From NCBI GenBank assembly GCA_020721325.1, contig DYNA01000004.1, forward strand, positions 1 through 61,705: a stretch of 61,705 nucleotides of DNA. Reading direction: 5' to 3'. Positions 1 to 10,558 of this stretch are shown one piece after another. Source of the DNA: Paludibacter propionicigenes. Its GTDB lineage: Bacteria > Bacteroidota > Bacteroidia > Bacteroidales > JAIFNL01. Position 1 is the first letter of the stretch. The number at the start of each line of letters is the position of its first letter. The notes below the pieces were generated by a model. That model was not told the DNA's origin. It searched no databases and was given only the letters and a program-made list of their open reading frames with translations. The translations under genes and the position numbers were made by a program.

Positions 1-233
1 AAATTAAATAATTTACATATATGTAGTGGTTTATAGTATATACCCCATATTTAATTATTTGATTTACAATTTAAAACAAAATAATATTTCAAACATTGAA
101 AAACTAAATAATAAAATATTTGAGCTTGAAAATCAAAAAAAACAGATTAAAATTCTTTTAAAAGAAGTAGAAAAATTATTAAATATTTGAAATTCAATGT
201 TTTATTAATTTTCTATTTAACATAATTTATTTT

Positions 234-278
234 AGCTATTAAAATATTGAATATCAATATTTTAATAGCTTTTTTATT
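234..278 (+). terminator. Rho-independent terminator-like hairpin (16-bp perfect stem, T tail)
   Basis: agctattaaaatattg (234-249) pairs perfectly with caatattttaatagct (255-270). The loop is about 5 nt and is followed by tttttatt. The T tail is present only on the + strand. No supported ORF lies upstream within the window. Confidence 0.5.
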
Positions 279-371
279 GACTTAAAAAAACAATTAAATT
301 GTAAACTCTTGAAAGTCAATTGGTTACGTTTTGTTTGATAATTTACATTATGTTAAATAGGATATGAAAAA

Positions 372-402
372 GAAAATGAACCAGTTTAACTTGTTCATTT
401 TC
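372..402 (-). terminator. Terminator hairpin downstream of the T9SS cargo gene
   Basis: gaaaatgaac (372-381) pairs with gttcattttc (393-402). It sits immediately after the stop at 411 and is followed on the minus strand by a T-rich run. Confidence 0.5.
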
Positions 403-410
403 AATAGATT

Positions 411-3400
411 TTAATTTTTTATAATTTTTTCAAAGCAAACGGTATTACCAATTTTTACTTCTATAAAATATATTCCAGTTTCATTTATTTTCAATTCTTT
501 TACAAATTCACCGGTTGATAATATTCCAAAATCATGACTTTCTAATAAGCTACCTGTTGAATTATAAATTTTACAATTTACCGCATTATTTTCCTGAAGG
601 TTAAGCTTTAAAAATATTTTTTCATTTGTTGGATTAGGAAAAACTTTTAAACTAAAATTATAGTTAATCAGATTTTCTACTGTAGTTGTTGAATTATCAG
701 CAGAAATATTTGCGCCAACTAAAAAATTGATGTTGTTGTAATTTGAATTATTTTCATCAATTTCAAGTTCATAAGTAGAATTTAATGGCAATCCGGGAAT
801 ATTTACTTGAAGTGCATAAATCCCTGATAATAAATTTTTTAACTCATAAAAACCATCAAAGTTTGTTTGAGCGAAAAATTGAGGCTGATGAAAAAGATAA
901 GGTTCGTAAGTGTTTGTTTCTGTGATATTTAAAGGTTTATAAATTGCTTCCGATTCGGCAGTAACCACAGCTCCAATTACTGGTAAATTTGAAGTTTTAA
1001 TATTTTGTTTATTTGCTTCTATTTGATTCGTTTTTGCTTGCGTAGAATAATGAATAGTTCCTGAAATAGAGCCATTTATTGATTTTGAAGGTAAGGGTTC
1101 TGCTTCAAACATTTTAATATCAGCTTGATAAGTTTCTCCGCATTTTAAATCAATTATTTTTGCCAATTTGTATGAATAAGTACTATCGTAATAAGTATTG
1201 ATTACATCGGGGTAATTCAAATTATTCAAAACTGCCCTTAAAATATATTTTCCGGCATTTAAATTGAGCTGATATTGACTATTGTAATTTATATTCTGTT
1301 CTTGAATTAAATCATAATTTGGTAATTTATAGGCTTTTATACTTAAATCGTTTTCACTAAACTGACCTTGTGAGTAATTAACATTTCCCAATATACTTTG
1401 TTCATCACTGTCTGTAATCTGTACAAAAATTGAATCGTTTAAACTACATTCTTCACTACTAATGTTTAAATAATAATAGTTTGATTGTGAGGGATTTATT
1501 GAAATAACTGGCGTATTTTCGCCTGTACTCCAAATATAGTTGTATTGAGTTTGGTTAAATGGCGTAAATGCACTCCATTGTGGTTCGTAAATATTTCCAA
1601 CCAACTGATTTTCAGTTAAATCAAAGGTCTTCCCTCCTACTCCTTCGTTAAAATCAAAATATGCCACTAAGCCATTTTCTTCATCGGGATTAAGCAGTTT
1701 TTGCATTTTTTCAGTTATTTCATTTTGCATAAGTGCTTTATTCCAAATTCGAACTTCGTCAATCAATCCATCGAAAGGAATTTTACCAAGCTTATCATTA
1801 TAGATTTCAGTGAGTTGCGTGCCTATATTTAAACCTCCACTTGAAATTCTGGCTACTTTAGTTTCTGCAATTGAATTATCTAAAATGCCATCGATATAAA
1901 GTTTTAATCCTTCGGTATTCCAAACACCTACAATATGATGCCATTCATCTAAAGATAAGTTACTTACAGAGCTTAACATGCTAATATTTTTATTTGATTC
2001 GCCCTCTCCTACTACTGCAAATTTTATTTTTTGGTCGTTCCAAAGTTGCAATGTATAGGCTTCGTCCCACCAGTCTGCTTGGTCGCCTTTATGTACAATG
2101 CCTCCAAAAGGTTTGTACGAATGTGCAAAAATCCATGCTTCCACAGTGCCTTCAGATGTTAAATCGAGTGCATTGTGGTCGTTTACGTTGATATGGTCAT
2201 CGTAGCCATCAAAATCAAAAGAGTAATTATTTTCTGCCGAAAGAATTAAATTATCTCCTGCACATAAACTGGTATCATTTTGTATGATACCAGTGTGTGA
2301 AAAAGCATTTACAAAAATAGTTACTGTATCACTTGCAACACAGCCTTCGCCATAATTATCGGCAGTCATACCAATATATGTTGTTGTTTCTAAAGGAGTT
2401 GCAATTGGATTTGAACTGTTCGGGTCATCAAGTCCAATGGCTGGCTCCCATTGAAATACAAATTCTGGAGTGCCATTTGAAGCGGTTGGATTTCCACCTA
2501 AAACAACCGAATTATTTAAACAAATTGAAGTATCTTTTCCCGCATTTATTGTTGGTAAATTATCGGCTACAGTAATTGTTTGCGAAGCTGAGCCAACAAA
2601 ACCTCGTCCATCGTCCCAAGTGTATGTAATTGTGTGTGTGCCGGGTCCAGCTACTTGCGCATAAAACCAGCCATATCCATTTTTATTATTCACAACTCCG
2701 GGACCGGAAAAAGTGGCTGTTCCTTTCGCATAACCTAAATAGCCACTTAAACTATCCGTTCCTTCTGAAAAGCTAAATAATTGACGTTCAATCATTAACC
2801 AATCAGAATTATCTTGTGATACCGAATGGAAATCTCCATTTTCAGCAATATCAACAAAAACATATTCCCACTTATCGCTTGGTGTAATGTATTGTAAATT
2901 AATGTAATGCTTTGAATTGTTTGTAAATTTTCCAATTCCTTCTTCTGCATACTTTTTGCCATTTCGTAAAAATACCATTTTATTTTCTGTCAAAGAATTT
3001 TCGTCGGTTCTAATTGAAATTGCAAAACCCGGTACAATATAACCACCGGCATCGCAATAGCTAAATGCCTTTAAACGAATTACATCTGAGCATGAGTAAG
3101 GTTCAGAACGCTCAATATTATAAAAGCCAACTGTTGGATTTTTAATGGTTACACTTACTTGGTCATCGCCAGTATTTCCATTTTCATCGGCTACAGTAAC
3201 TTTATTGCAACATTGTCCTTCGCCCGTAATGGTGCGGGTTTGCAAAGTTGAACCATCTCCTTCCCACAAATAGCTTAAATAAGTTCCGGGATTTAATATT
3301 ACGGTATTTCCAGAAGGCACTACCGGTTGTCCACCCAAATTGGGTTTTAAAATGAGAGTCTTTAAATTATTCGAATTTTTTAGTTTTTCAAAACTATTTT

Positions 3401-3509
3401 CAATCCAAATGTCATCTTCAATATTTCCTTTGGTAGAAATTTGTGCTTGCGCAAAAGCCCCAAAAACAAGCAAAAGTGCAAGCAGCAAGAAATTTTTTTT
3501 TGTTTTCAT
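411..3509 (-). CDS. Secreted T9SS cargo protein with a LamG/concanavalin-like domain and a C-terminal Por sorting domain
   Basis: The likely start is the internal ATG at 3509 (MKTKKNFLLLALLLVFGAFAQAQ signal peptide); the track ORF extends to 3608. There is a Laminin_G_3-like block (DFDGYDDHINV...TVEAWIF...DEVRIWNKAL). The C-terminus (LKVFPNPTNEKIFLKL...GIYFIEVKIG) is typical of T9SS sorting domains. Confidence 0.8.
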   Translation of the reverse strand: MKTKKNFLLLALLLVFGAFAQAQISTKGNIEDDIWIENSFEKLKNSNNLKTLILKPNLGGQPVVPSGNTVILNPGTYLSYLWEGDGSTLQTRTITGEGQCCNKVTVADENGNTGDDQVSVTIKNPTVGFYNIERSEPYSCSDVIRLKAFSYCDAGGYIVPGFAISIRTDENSLTENKMVFLRNGKKYAEEGIGKFTNNSKHYINLQYITPSDKWEYVFVDIAENGDFHSVSQDNSDWLMIERQLFSFSEGTDSLSGYLGYAKGTATFSGPGVVNNKNGYGWFYAQVAGPGTHTITYTWDDGRGFVGSASQTITVADNLPTINAGKDTSICLNNSVVLGGNPTASNGTPEFVFQWEPAIGLDDPNSSNPIATPLETTTYIGMTADNYGEGCVASDTVTIFVNAFSHTGIIQNDTSLCAGDNLILSAENNYSFDFDGYDDHINVNDHNALDLTSEGTVEAWIFAHSYKPFGGIVHKGDQADWWDEAYTLQLWNDQKIKFAVVGEGESNKNISMLSSVSNLSLDEWHHIVGVWNTEGLKLYIDGILDNSIAETKVARISSGGLNIGTQLTEIYNDKLGKIPFDGLIDEVRIWNKALMQNEITEKMQKLLNPDEENGLVAYFDFNEGVGGKTFDLTENQLVGNIYEPQWSAFTPFNQTQYNYIWSTGENTPVISINPSQSNYYYLNISSEECSLNDSIFVQITDSDEQSILGNVNYSQGQFSENDLSIKAYKLPNYDLIQEQNINYNSQYQLNLNAGKYILRAVLNNLNYPDVINTYYDSTYSYKLAKIIDLKCGETYQADIKMFEAEPLPSKSINGSISGTIHYSTQAKTNQIEANKQNIKTSNLPVIGAVVTAESEAIYKPLNITETNTYEPYLFHQPQFFAQTNFDGFYELKNLLSGIYALQVNIPGLPLNSTYELEIDENNSNYNNINFLVGANISADNSTTTVENLINYNFSLKVFPNPTNEKIFLKLNLQENNAVNCKIYNSTGSLLESHDFGILSTGEFVKELKINETGIYFIEVKIGNTVCFEKIIKN

Positions 3510-3803
3510 ATTTTTAGTTTTATATGTAAAATTTTGAAAAAAAGACCTTTTTATATATAAACAAACTTTTACTTGTAAAAGTTGCATATTTTTAAAATTT
3601 ATATTCATTTTTAATTATTAAAGTCTTGAAATTGTGTAAATTAAAATACGTTAAATATTGTTAAAGAAAATATTTTTTTTTACTCAAAAAAAATATTATT
3701 TTTGTAAAAAAAAAAAATTGACAATTATTCTTTTATATCATAGAGTTTTTTTCAATTATTTTGCGGTATTAATTAAATTTTTTTTCCCAAAAAATATAAA
3801 AAA

Positions 3804-4853
3804 ATGTTTAATTTTTCAAATGTTCATTTAGAAAAAATTATAATACATCATGTTGGAAATCAACAGACAAACGATGGAGTACGTTATTCAAAGCAACCTT
3901 TGTTATTGGCTGAAAATGAAGATGTTAAACCACTTTTGCTTCATTATTTTTTAACAGCTTTTAAACCCGGAGCTTTTTATAATTTTTATCATGAAGATAA
4001 TTTAAATTCTAATTTAGTTTTTCATTATATTTCAAAGATATTTGAAAATGCCGAAAATTTTTATAATCAATCTACATTAATTGCCGACCATTTATATAGT
4101 GTTTCAAATCATCCAAAAATAAAATCTGGTGAAATGTACATTGTTTTTTTGCGTGATTGTTTAGTTGAAAATGAAGTTTGTGATGCTATTGGTATCTTTA
4201 AATCCGAAAATAGAGAAACTTTTTTGAAAGTTTACCCGCAAAACGATGGTTATGAAATTGATTATGAAGCCGGAATTAATATTAAAAAATTAGATAAGGG
4301 CTGTTTAATTTTTAATACCGAACGCGATAAAGGCTTTAAAGTGAGCATTGTAGATAATGTTAAAGTTAAAGGAGAAGCGCAATATTGGAAAGATGACTTT
4401 TTAGCACTAAAATTGCGTGAAGATAATTTTTATCAAACCGAAAATTTTTTAAATTTGTGCAAAGGTTTTGCCGAAGAAATTTACAACCCAGACCATAATG
4501 TAGAACGTCCGGACCAGATAGATTTTTTAAATAAATCGGTAAATTTCTTCACTGAAAATGTAGATTTTAGTATGGCGAATTTTGAAAAGGAAGTATTTGA
4601 AAATGAAGAAGTTCAAGATGCTTTTCACGACTATATGCACGATTTTGTTCAAAAAAATAATGTTGAAACCGAAAAAGAATTTACCGTTTCGGAAGAAGCT
4701 GTTAAAGGAATGAAGCGTAAATTTAAGAGTATTATTAAATTAGATAAAAATTTTCATATCTACATTCATGGGAAACGCGACAGAATTATTCGTGGACGAG
4801 ATGAAGAAAAAAATATGAATTTTTATAAAATATATTTTAACAACGAAGAATAA
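3804..4853 (+). CDS. Nucleoid-associated protein, NdpA/YejK-like
   Basis: 349 aa. The N-terminal LEKIIIHHVGNQ signature and overall length and organisation resemble the NdpA (37-kDa nucleoid-associated protein) family. Assigned from memory of the family only. Confidence 0.5.
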   Translation: MFNFSNVHLEKIIIHHVGNQQTNDGVRYSKQPLLLAENEDVKPLLLHYFLTAFKPGAFYNFYHEDNLNSNLVFHYISKIFENAENFYNQSTLIADHLYSVSNHPKIKSGEMYIVFLRDCLVENEVCDAIGIFKSENRETFLKVYPQNDGYEIDYEAGINIKKLDKGCLIFNTERDKGFKVSIVDNVKVKGEAQYWKDDFLALKLREDNFYQTENFLNLCKGFAEEIYNPDHNVERPDQIDFLNKSVNFFTENVDFSMANFEKEVFENEEVQDAFHDYMHDFVQKNNVETEKEFTVSEEAVKGMKRKFKSIIKLDKNFHIYIHGKRDRIIRGRDEEKNMNFYKIYFNNEE

Positions 4854-4984
4854 AAATAATGTGGTAAATTTTTTTTATTAAAAAATATATTTTTATAATA
4901 TTTTTTGCACCTAATTTTTAAAAGTAATAAAAATTTGTAAAAAAATTGAAAAATTAATTATTGTAAAATTATAAAATTTTGATA

Positions 4985-6517
4985 ATGAAAGCATTAATAA
5001 GTGTTTTTGATAAAACAGGTATAGTAGAATTTGCACAAGAATTGTTAAAAATGGGTTGGGAAATTATTTCTACCGGCGGTACTTCTAAAAAATTAAATGA
5101 AAATGGAATAGAAGTAATTGATATTAGCCAAATTACAAATTTTCCCGAATGTTTTGACGGTCGACTAAAAACTCTTCACCCGCGCATACATGGTGGTTTG
5201 TTGGCTATTAGAGATAACCAAGAGCATATTAAAACTATGCAAGAGCTTGAAATTGAACCTATTGATATAGTTGTTTGTAATTTATATCCTTTTAAAGAAA
5301 CCATTTTAAAAACCGGTGCAAGTCATGAAGAGATAATTGAAAATATTGATATTGGAGGACCAACCATGTTGCGCGCTGCGGCTAAAAATTATCATTTTGT
5401 GAATGTTATTACCGACCCTAACGATTATAATTTAGTAATTAATCAGTTAAAAGAAACTGGAAATACAACCCCTCAAACCAAAGAATATTTGGCAGCTAAA
5501 GTTTTCACATACACAGCAGCTTATGACGCTTTAATTGCAAATTACTTTAATACAAAACTTAATAATATTTTTCCTGAAAAATTAACTCTTACTTATGAAA
5601 AAAAACAGGCATTGCGTTATGGCGAAAATCCACATCAAAATGCTGCTTATTATTCTGACATTTTAAATACAAAAGGCTCAATTTCTGATGCTAAACAATT
5701 GCATGGCAAGGAGTTATCTTTTAATAATATTGCTGATGCAAATGGTGCACTCGAAGCTTTGAGCGAATTTTCTCAACCCACAGTAGTGGCTGTAAAACAT
5801 GCAAATCCGTGTGGAATAGCGAGTGCTGATACTATTTTTGAGGCATATAAAAAAGCTTATCAAGCCGATGAAGTGGCTATTTTTGGCGGAATTGTTGCAA
5901 TGAATAGGCTACTTGACCAAGCTACTGCTAATGAGATAAATAGCATTTTTCTCGAAGTGGTTATTGCTCCAGCTTATTCACCCGAAGCACTCGAAATTTT
6001 AACTAAGAAAAAGAATATAAGACTTTTAGAATTAACAAGCATAAATCAAAATAAATTTACTAATTTAAGCATTAAATCCGTTTTGGGAGGTCTGCTAATT
6101 CAAAATATCGATAGCGACTTAATCATTGATAATCAGCTTAATATCGTAACAAAACGACACCCAACCCAGAAAGAAATGGAGGATTTAATATTTGCGTCGA
6201 AAACTGTAAAACATACCAAATCAAACGGTATTGTCGTTGCGAAAGATGCTCAAACTCTGGGTATTGGACCCGGACAGGTTAGTCGAATTGGTGCGTTGGA
6301 AATTGCGATAAATCATGCAGGAGTTAAAGCCAAAGGTGCAGTTTTGGCATCTGATGCTTTTTTCCCTTTTCCTGATTCGGTGGAGGCTGCTGCAAATGCC
6401 GGAATTGCTGCAATAATTCAACCCGGAGGCTCTGTAAAAGACCAAGATTCAATAGATGCTGCAAATAAATTCGGATTGACTATGATTTTTACTTCAATGC
6501 GTCATTTTAAGCATTAA
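4985..6517 (+). CDS. purH: Bifunctional AICAR transformylase / IMP cyclohydrolase
   Basis: [17 protein letters not shown]... MGS-like N-terminal domain, [19 protein letters not shown] and a C-terminal AICARFT domain ending MRHFKH. ATG at 4985 is preferred over the TTG at 4979. Confidence 0.93.
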   Translation: MKALISVFDKTGIVEFAQELLKMGWEIISTGGTSKKLNENGIEVIDISQITNFPECFDGRLKTLHPRIHGGLLAIRDNQEHIKTMQELEIEPIDIVVCNLYPFKETILKTGASHEEIIENIDIGGPTMLRAAAKNYHFVNVITDPNDYNLVINQLKETGNTTPQTKEYLAAKVFTYTAAYDALIANYFNTKLNNIFPEKLTLTYEKKQALRYGENPHQNAAYYSDILNTKGSISDAKQLHGKELSFNNIADANGALEALSEFSQPTVVAVKHANPCGIASADTIFEAYKKAYQADEVAIFGGIVAMNRLLDQATANEINSIFLEVVIAPAYSPEALEILTKKKNIRLLELTSINQNKFTNLSIKSVLGGLLIQNIDSDLIIDNQLNIVTKRHPTQKEMEDLIFASKTVKHTKSNGIVVAKDAQTLGIGPGQVSRIGALEIAINHAGVKAKGAVLASDAFFPFPDSVEAAANAGIAAIIQPGGSVKDQDSIDAANKFGLTMIFTSMRHFKH

Positions 6518-6568
6518 AAAAATACCTTTTTACTTTTTCTTTAATATTTAAAAAAATATTTTTATAAA

Positions 6569-7819
6569 ATGAAAATTTTAGTTATAGGAAATGGTGCAAG
6601 AGAACATGCAATTATCTGGAAATTAGCCCAAAGTCCAAAGGCAAAAAAGATATTTTGCGCTCCCGGAAATGCAGGAACTTCGATTCTGGCTGAAAATGTT
6701 AATATTGGCGTTGAAGATATTGATAAACTTTTGGTTTTTGCGCAAAATAATGAAATCGATTTGACTATTGTAGGACCTGAAGTTTCTCTTGTAGCCGGAA
6801 TTGGCAATAAATTTAGAGCCTGCGGGAAAAAAATTTTTGGACCCAATCTTGATGGAGCAATTTTAGAAGGTAGTAAAATTTACTCGAAAAATTTTATGAA
6901 AAAATACCAGATTCCAACCGCTGCTTATCGAGCTTACGATGATTTGGAACTTGCCAAAAATGGTATTAATGAATTTTCATTTCCTATTGTGTTAAAAGCT
7001 GACGGATTGGCAGCCGGAAAAGGTGTTTTGATTTGTGAAAATAAACAACAAGCCGAATTGGCTTTAATGGATTTAATGAAACATCAAAAATTTGGAAGTG
7101 CTGGAAATCAAATTGTTATAGAAGAATTTTTAGAAGGTACCGAAGCTTCATTGCTCTGTTTTGTGAATGGAAAAAGTATTATTCCTATGGAAAGTGCGCG
7201 TGATTATAAGCGAGTATTTGATAACGATGAAGGCTTAAATACCGGTGGAATGGGCTGTTTTTCACCCAATTCAATTTTTTCTGACAATAATGTTAACGAA
7301 ATTCAAACTCAAATTTTAGATAAAACGATGAATGGTCTTTTATCCGAAAACATTGATTTTAGAGGAATTTTGTTCATTGGTTTAATGTTCACAAGCTTAG
7401 GAATCAAGGTTTTAGAGTACAATGTACGATTTGGAGACCCTGAAACGGAAGTAGTATTGCCGCGGTTAGAATCTGATTTTGTGGAGGTTATAGAAAAAAC
7501 AATTGATGGAACTTTAACAATCAATGATTTGAAATGGACAGACAAAATGGCAGTAACTGTAATTGCCGCTTCGGGCGGATATCCCGAAAAATATGAAAAG
7601 GGTTTTGAAATATTTGGATTAGACGCTGTAAATGAAGATATTATGATATTTCACGCCGGAACAGATCTTCAAAATAACAAAATAGTTACCAATGGTGGTA
7701 GAGTTCTTGCAGTAACCGCTTTGGGTGATTCTCTTGAGCAAGCGCGGCAAAAAGTTTATCAAAATATTGAAAAATTGCATTTTAAGGGAATATTTTATCG
7801 TAAAGACATAACTAAATAG
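6569..7819 (+). CDS. purD: Phosphoribosylamine--glycine ligase
   Basis: MKILVIGNGAREHAI, KADGLAAGKGV, ATP-grasp core and C-terminal GGRVLAVTALG. Confidence 0.93.
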   Translation: MKILVIGNGAREHAIIWKLAQSPKAKKIFCAPGNAGTSILAENVNIGVEDIDKLLVFAQNNEIDLTIVGPEVSLVAGIGNKFRACGKKIFGPNLDGAILEGSKIYSKNFMKKYQIPTAAYRAYDDLELAKNGINEFSFPIVLKADGLAAGKGVLICENKQQAELALMDLMKHQKFGSAGNQIVIEEFLEGTEASLLCFVNGKSIIPMESARDYKRVFDNDEGLNTGGMGCFSPNSIFSDNNVNEIQTQILDKTMNGLLSENIDFRGILFIGLMFTSLGIKVLEYNVRFGDPETEVVLPRLESDFVEVIEKTIDGTLTINDLKWTDKMAVTVIAASGGYPEKYEKGFEIFGLDAVNEDIMIFHAGTDLQNNKIVTNGGRVLAVTALGDSLEQARQKVYQNIEKLHFKGIFYRKDITK

Positions 7820-7847
7820 ATAAGGATAAATAAAAGTTTTTTGGTAC

Positions 7848-7883
7848 AAAGCCTTGTCATATATAATATGCAAGGCTTTTTTA
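7848..7883 (+). terminator. Terminator-like hairpin after purD
   Basis: aaagccttg (7848-7856) pairs with caaggcttt (7871-7879), followed by a T run. The loop is rather long at about 14 nt. Confidence 0.45.
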
Positions 7884-7996
7884 TTATTTTTACAAAACTT
7901 AAAATTTATTTTTTCGTATAAAAGAAAAAACTTTTATATAATTTTTTATCATTTCTTTTAAAAAATAATAGTAAAATAACTTTTGAAAAAAAAACT

Positions 7997-10405
7997 ATGA
8001 TTTTAAACGATTTTATACAAAAACTTAAAGTTTTAACAGATGAAAACTTTACTGACAAAGAAAAAGCCTTATTAGACAAGGCTTTGCAATTAATGTGCAT
8101 TGTTTATGAAAAAATTGAAGCCAATGATAAAGAAAAATATTTAGATAAGCTTTACGACTTGATAATCATTGTGTTAAAAGAATTGCACTTGAGTTACGAA
8201 TCTCTTATTGCTGTTATTTTATATCAAGTCAAAAAATTTGAACCTTTAACCACTGAATTTCTTGAAAATCAATACAATAAAAGTATTTCACTTATTATAG
8301 ATGGAATTTGGAAAATTAACAATATTAAAGTTCAACGAATTACGGAAGAAAATGTGAGCGTGGAAACCAAAAAAGGGGACTTGAAACGCAAAGTTTTAAG
8401 AGAAAAAGAGCGCGTAGCCGTACAAACTGAGAATTATATTACACTTTTACTCACTCTTGCCGACGATGTGCGCTCGATTTTGGTAAAATTAAGCTTGGTT
8501 TTATTCGACATGCGCAATATGAACGACTATTCGGAGGAGATTCAAGTAAAAATTGCGACCGAAACCTCTGTTATTTATGCACCAATTGCTCATAGACTCG
8601 GACTTTATGCCATAAAAACCGAACTTGAAGAACTTTCGATGAAAAAATTGCATAACGAAATGTATAATTTTATCAAAGAAAAATTAAATGAAAATAAAGA
8701 AAATCGCGAAAAATTTATTGACGATTTTATAACTCCAATTAAAAAACATTTTGCATCTAAAGGTTTAAAATTCAGCATAAAAGGACGTCCAAAATCAATT
8801 TATTCCATTTGGAATAAAATGAAAAAGCAAAATACAACATTTGAAAAAATTTACGACCTTTTCGCCATTCGCATTATTGTTAATGAACCTTATTTTGAAA
8901 ATGCAAATTTTATAAGAGATGAATTATCAAAGAGTTACACCGATTTACTTGCATTAAAAGACGATAATTTTGATAAGAAAAAGCAGTTAAAAACATTTAT
9001 TGCACAAAAAGAAAAAGAATTAGAGGACGAAATAAAATTAGCTAAACAAAAAGAAAAAAAAGATTGTTGGAATATTTATTCCGAATTTAGCAATTGGTAT
9101 GAGTTGAATCCCAACAGATTACGTGATTGGATAACCAATCCCAAAGAGACCGGATACGAATCGTTGCATACTACGGTTGCAGTTCCCAATGCCGAACAAA
9201 AGTGGGTTGAAGTTCAAATTCGTACACAAAGAATGGACGAAGTTGCCGAAAAAGGGCAGGCAGCACACTGGAAATACAAAAGTGCAAATAGTAAATCAAA
9301 TGCCGATAATTGGGCTGAGAAAATTCGCACAATGCTTGAAAATTTAGACGATAATTTAACCGAAAAATTTTCTACATCAAAAGCCGAATTATATCAAGAT
9401 GTCCTTTTTATTTTTACGCCAAAAGGCGATTTGAAAAAAATGAAAAATAAATCGACTTTACTCGATTTTGCTTATGCAATTCACTCAAACATAGGCGATA
9501 AGTGCGTGGGAGGCGAAGTAAACGGTAAACACGTTTCTATAAAATACAAATTAAAAAATGGCGATAGAATCAATATAAAAACTTCGCCCAATCAAAAACC
9601 TACCCCCGATTGGCTCAATATAGCTTACACTCGAAGCGCACAAAAACGAATACAACTTGCTCTTAATGAGACCAAATACAAAGATGCCGCTGCCGGAAAA
9701 GATATGTTGATGTATAAATTTAAACAATTGAAACTCGATTTTCAAGATGATACCTTATTTAAAATCTGTAATGAGCTGAATTTAAAGAAAATAGTTGATT
9801 TATACCAAGCCGTTGGCGAAGGAAAAATTGAAATAACGCAAATAAAAGAGCTATTAGACAAAATAGCTGAAAATGACAAATTTACAAACCAGCGAACCCA
9901 CCAAAAAATTCAAGACAATAAATATGAACAGCGCGGTGTTTCGCACGAAGAGGACGTTTCGCACGAATATCTTTTGATTGGCGATAGCGTAAAAGGTTTG
10001 AATTACGATTTGGCTCAATGCTGTAAACCGGTTCCGGGCGATACAATTTTTGGTTTTGTTACCATTGGCAAAGGTACTAAAATTCATAAAGTTAGCTGCC
10101 CAAATGCTGCCCAAATGATGTCGCGTTTTCCTTACAGAGTGGTGAAAGCACAATGGAATACCAAAAATTCCGTTTATGATTATATGGGCGATTTAATTAT
10201 TACCGGTATAAATTCGGTCGGAATAGTCGCAAATATTACAAGTTTGATAAAAAAAGAACCTCATTTAAATTTGCATTCCATTAATGTTGATGCCAAAGAT
10301 GGAATGTTTAAAGGAAAATTAACTTTATTTGCAAAAAATAAAAAAGAATTTGAAAAATTCTCGAAAATTTTAAGAACCGTTAAAGGTGTTTTGAATGTTC
10401 AGTAA
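7997..10405 (+). CDS. relA: RelA/SpoT homologue (RSH) (p)ppGpp synthetase with a degenerate HD domain, plus TGS and ACT domains
   Basis: Synthetase block GRPKSIYSIWNKMKKQ...YDLFAIRIIV...GYESLHTTV...VEVQIRTQRMDEVAEKGQAAHWKYK. TGS block (FTPKGDLKKM...LDFAYAIHSNIGDKC) and an ACT-like C-terminus. At the position of the hydrolase HD dyad the protein reads YQ (AVILYQV, codons 8222-8227). Confidence 0.85.
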   Translation: MILNDFIQKLKVLTDENFTDKEKALLDKALQLMCIVYEKIEANDKEKYLDKLYDLIIIVLKELHLSYESLIAVILYQVKKFEPLTTEFLENQYNKSISLIIDGIWKINNIKVQRITEENVSVETKKGDLKRKVLREKERVAVQTENYITLLLTLADDVRSILVKLSLVLFDMRNMNDYSEEIQVKIATETSVIYAPIAHRLGLYAIKTELEELSMKKLHNEMYNFIKEKLNENKENREKFIDDFITPIKKHFASKGLKFSIKGRPKSIYSIWNKMKKQNTTFEKIYDLFAIRIIVNEPYFENANFIRDELSKSYTDLLALKDDNFDKKKQLKTFIAQKEKELEDEIKLAKQKEKKDCWNIYSEFSNWYELNPNRLRDWITNPKETGYESLHTTVAVPNAEQKWVEVQIRTQRMDEVAEKGQAAHWKYKSANSKSNADNWAEKIRTMLENLDDNLTEKFSTSKAELYQDVLFIFTPKGDLKKMKNKSTLLDFAYAIHSNIGDKCVGGEVNGKHVSIKYKLKNGDRINIKTSPNQKPTPDWLNIAYTRSAQKRIQLALNETKYKDAAAGKDMLMYKFKQLKLDFQDDTLFKICNELNLKKIVDLYQAVGEGKIEITQIKELLDKIAENDKFTNQRTHQKIQDNKYEQRGVSHEEDVSHEYLLIGDSVKGLNYDLAQCCKPVPGDTIFGFVTIGKGTKIHKVSCPNAAQMMSRFPYRVVKAQWNTKNSVYDYMGDLIITGINSVGIVANITSLIKKEPHLNLHSINVDAKDGMFKGKLTLFAKNKKEFEKFSKILRTVKGVLNVQ

Positions 10406-10558
10406 AAAGAAATTTATTTTTAAGGTATTTTTTTTATAAAAAAAAAGATATTTTTTTACTTTAAAAAAAAAAAAATTTTTTTTTACTAAAAAAAAATACA
10501 TTATTTTGCGGAATTATTTTTTATAAAATGATTGTTTTAAAAATAAAAAAAACAAACC

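Noticed and set aside
1994-3537. Short + strand ORFs (1994..2191, 2333..2575, 2470..2664, 3340..3537) inside the T9SS cargo gene
   Set aside because: They are antisense shadow ORFs nested in a long, motif-supported minus-strand CDS. They have no independent motifs.
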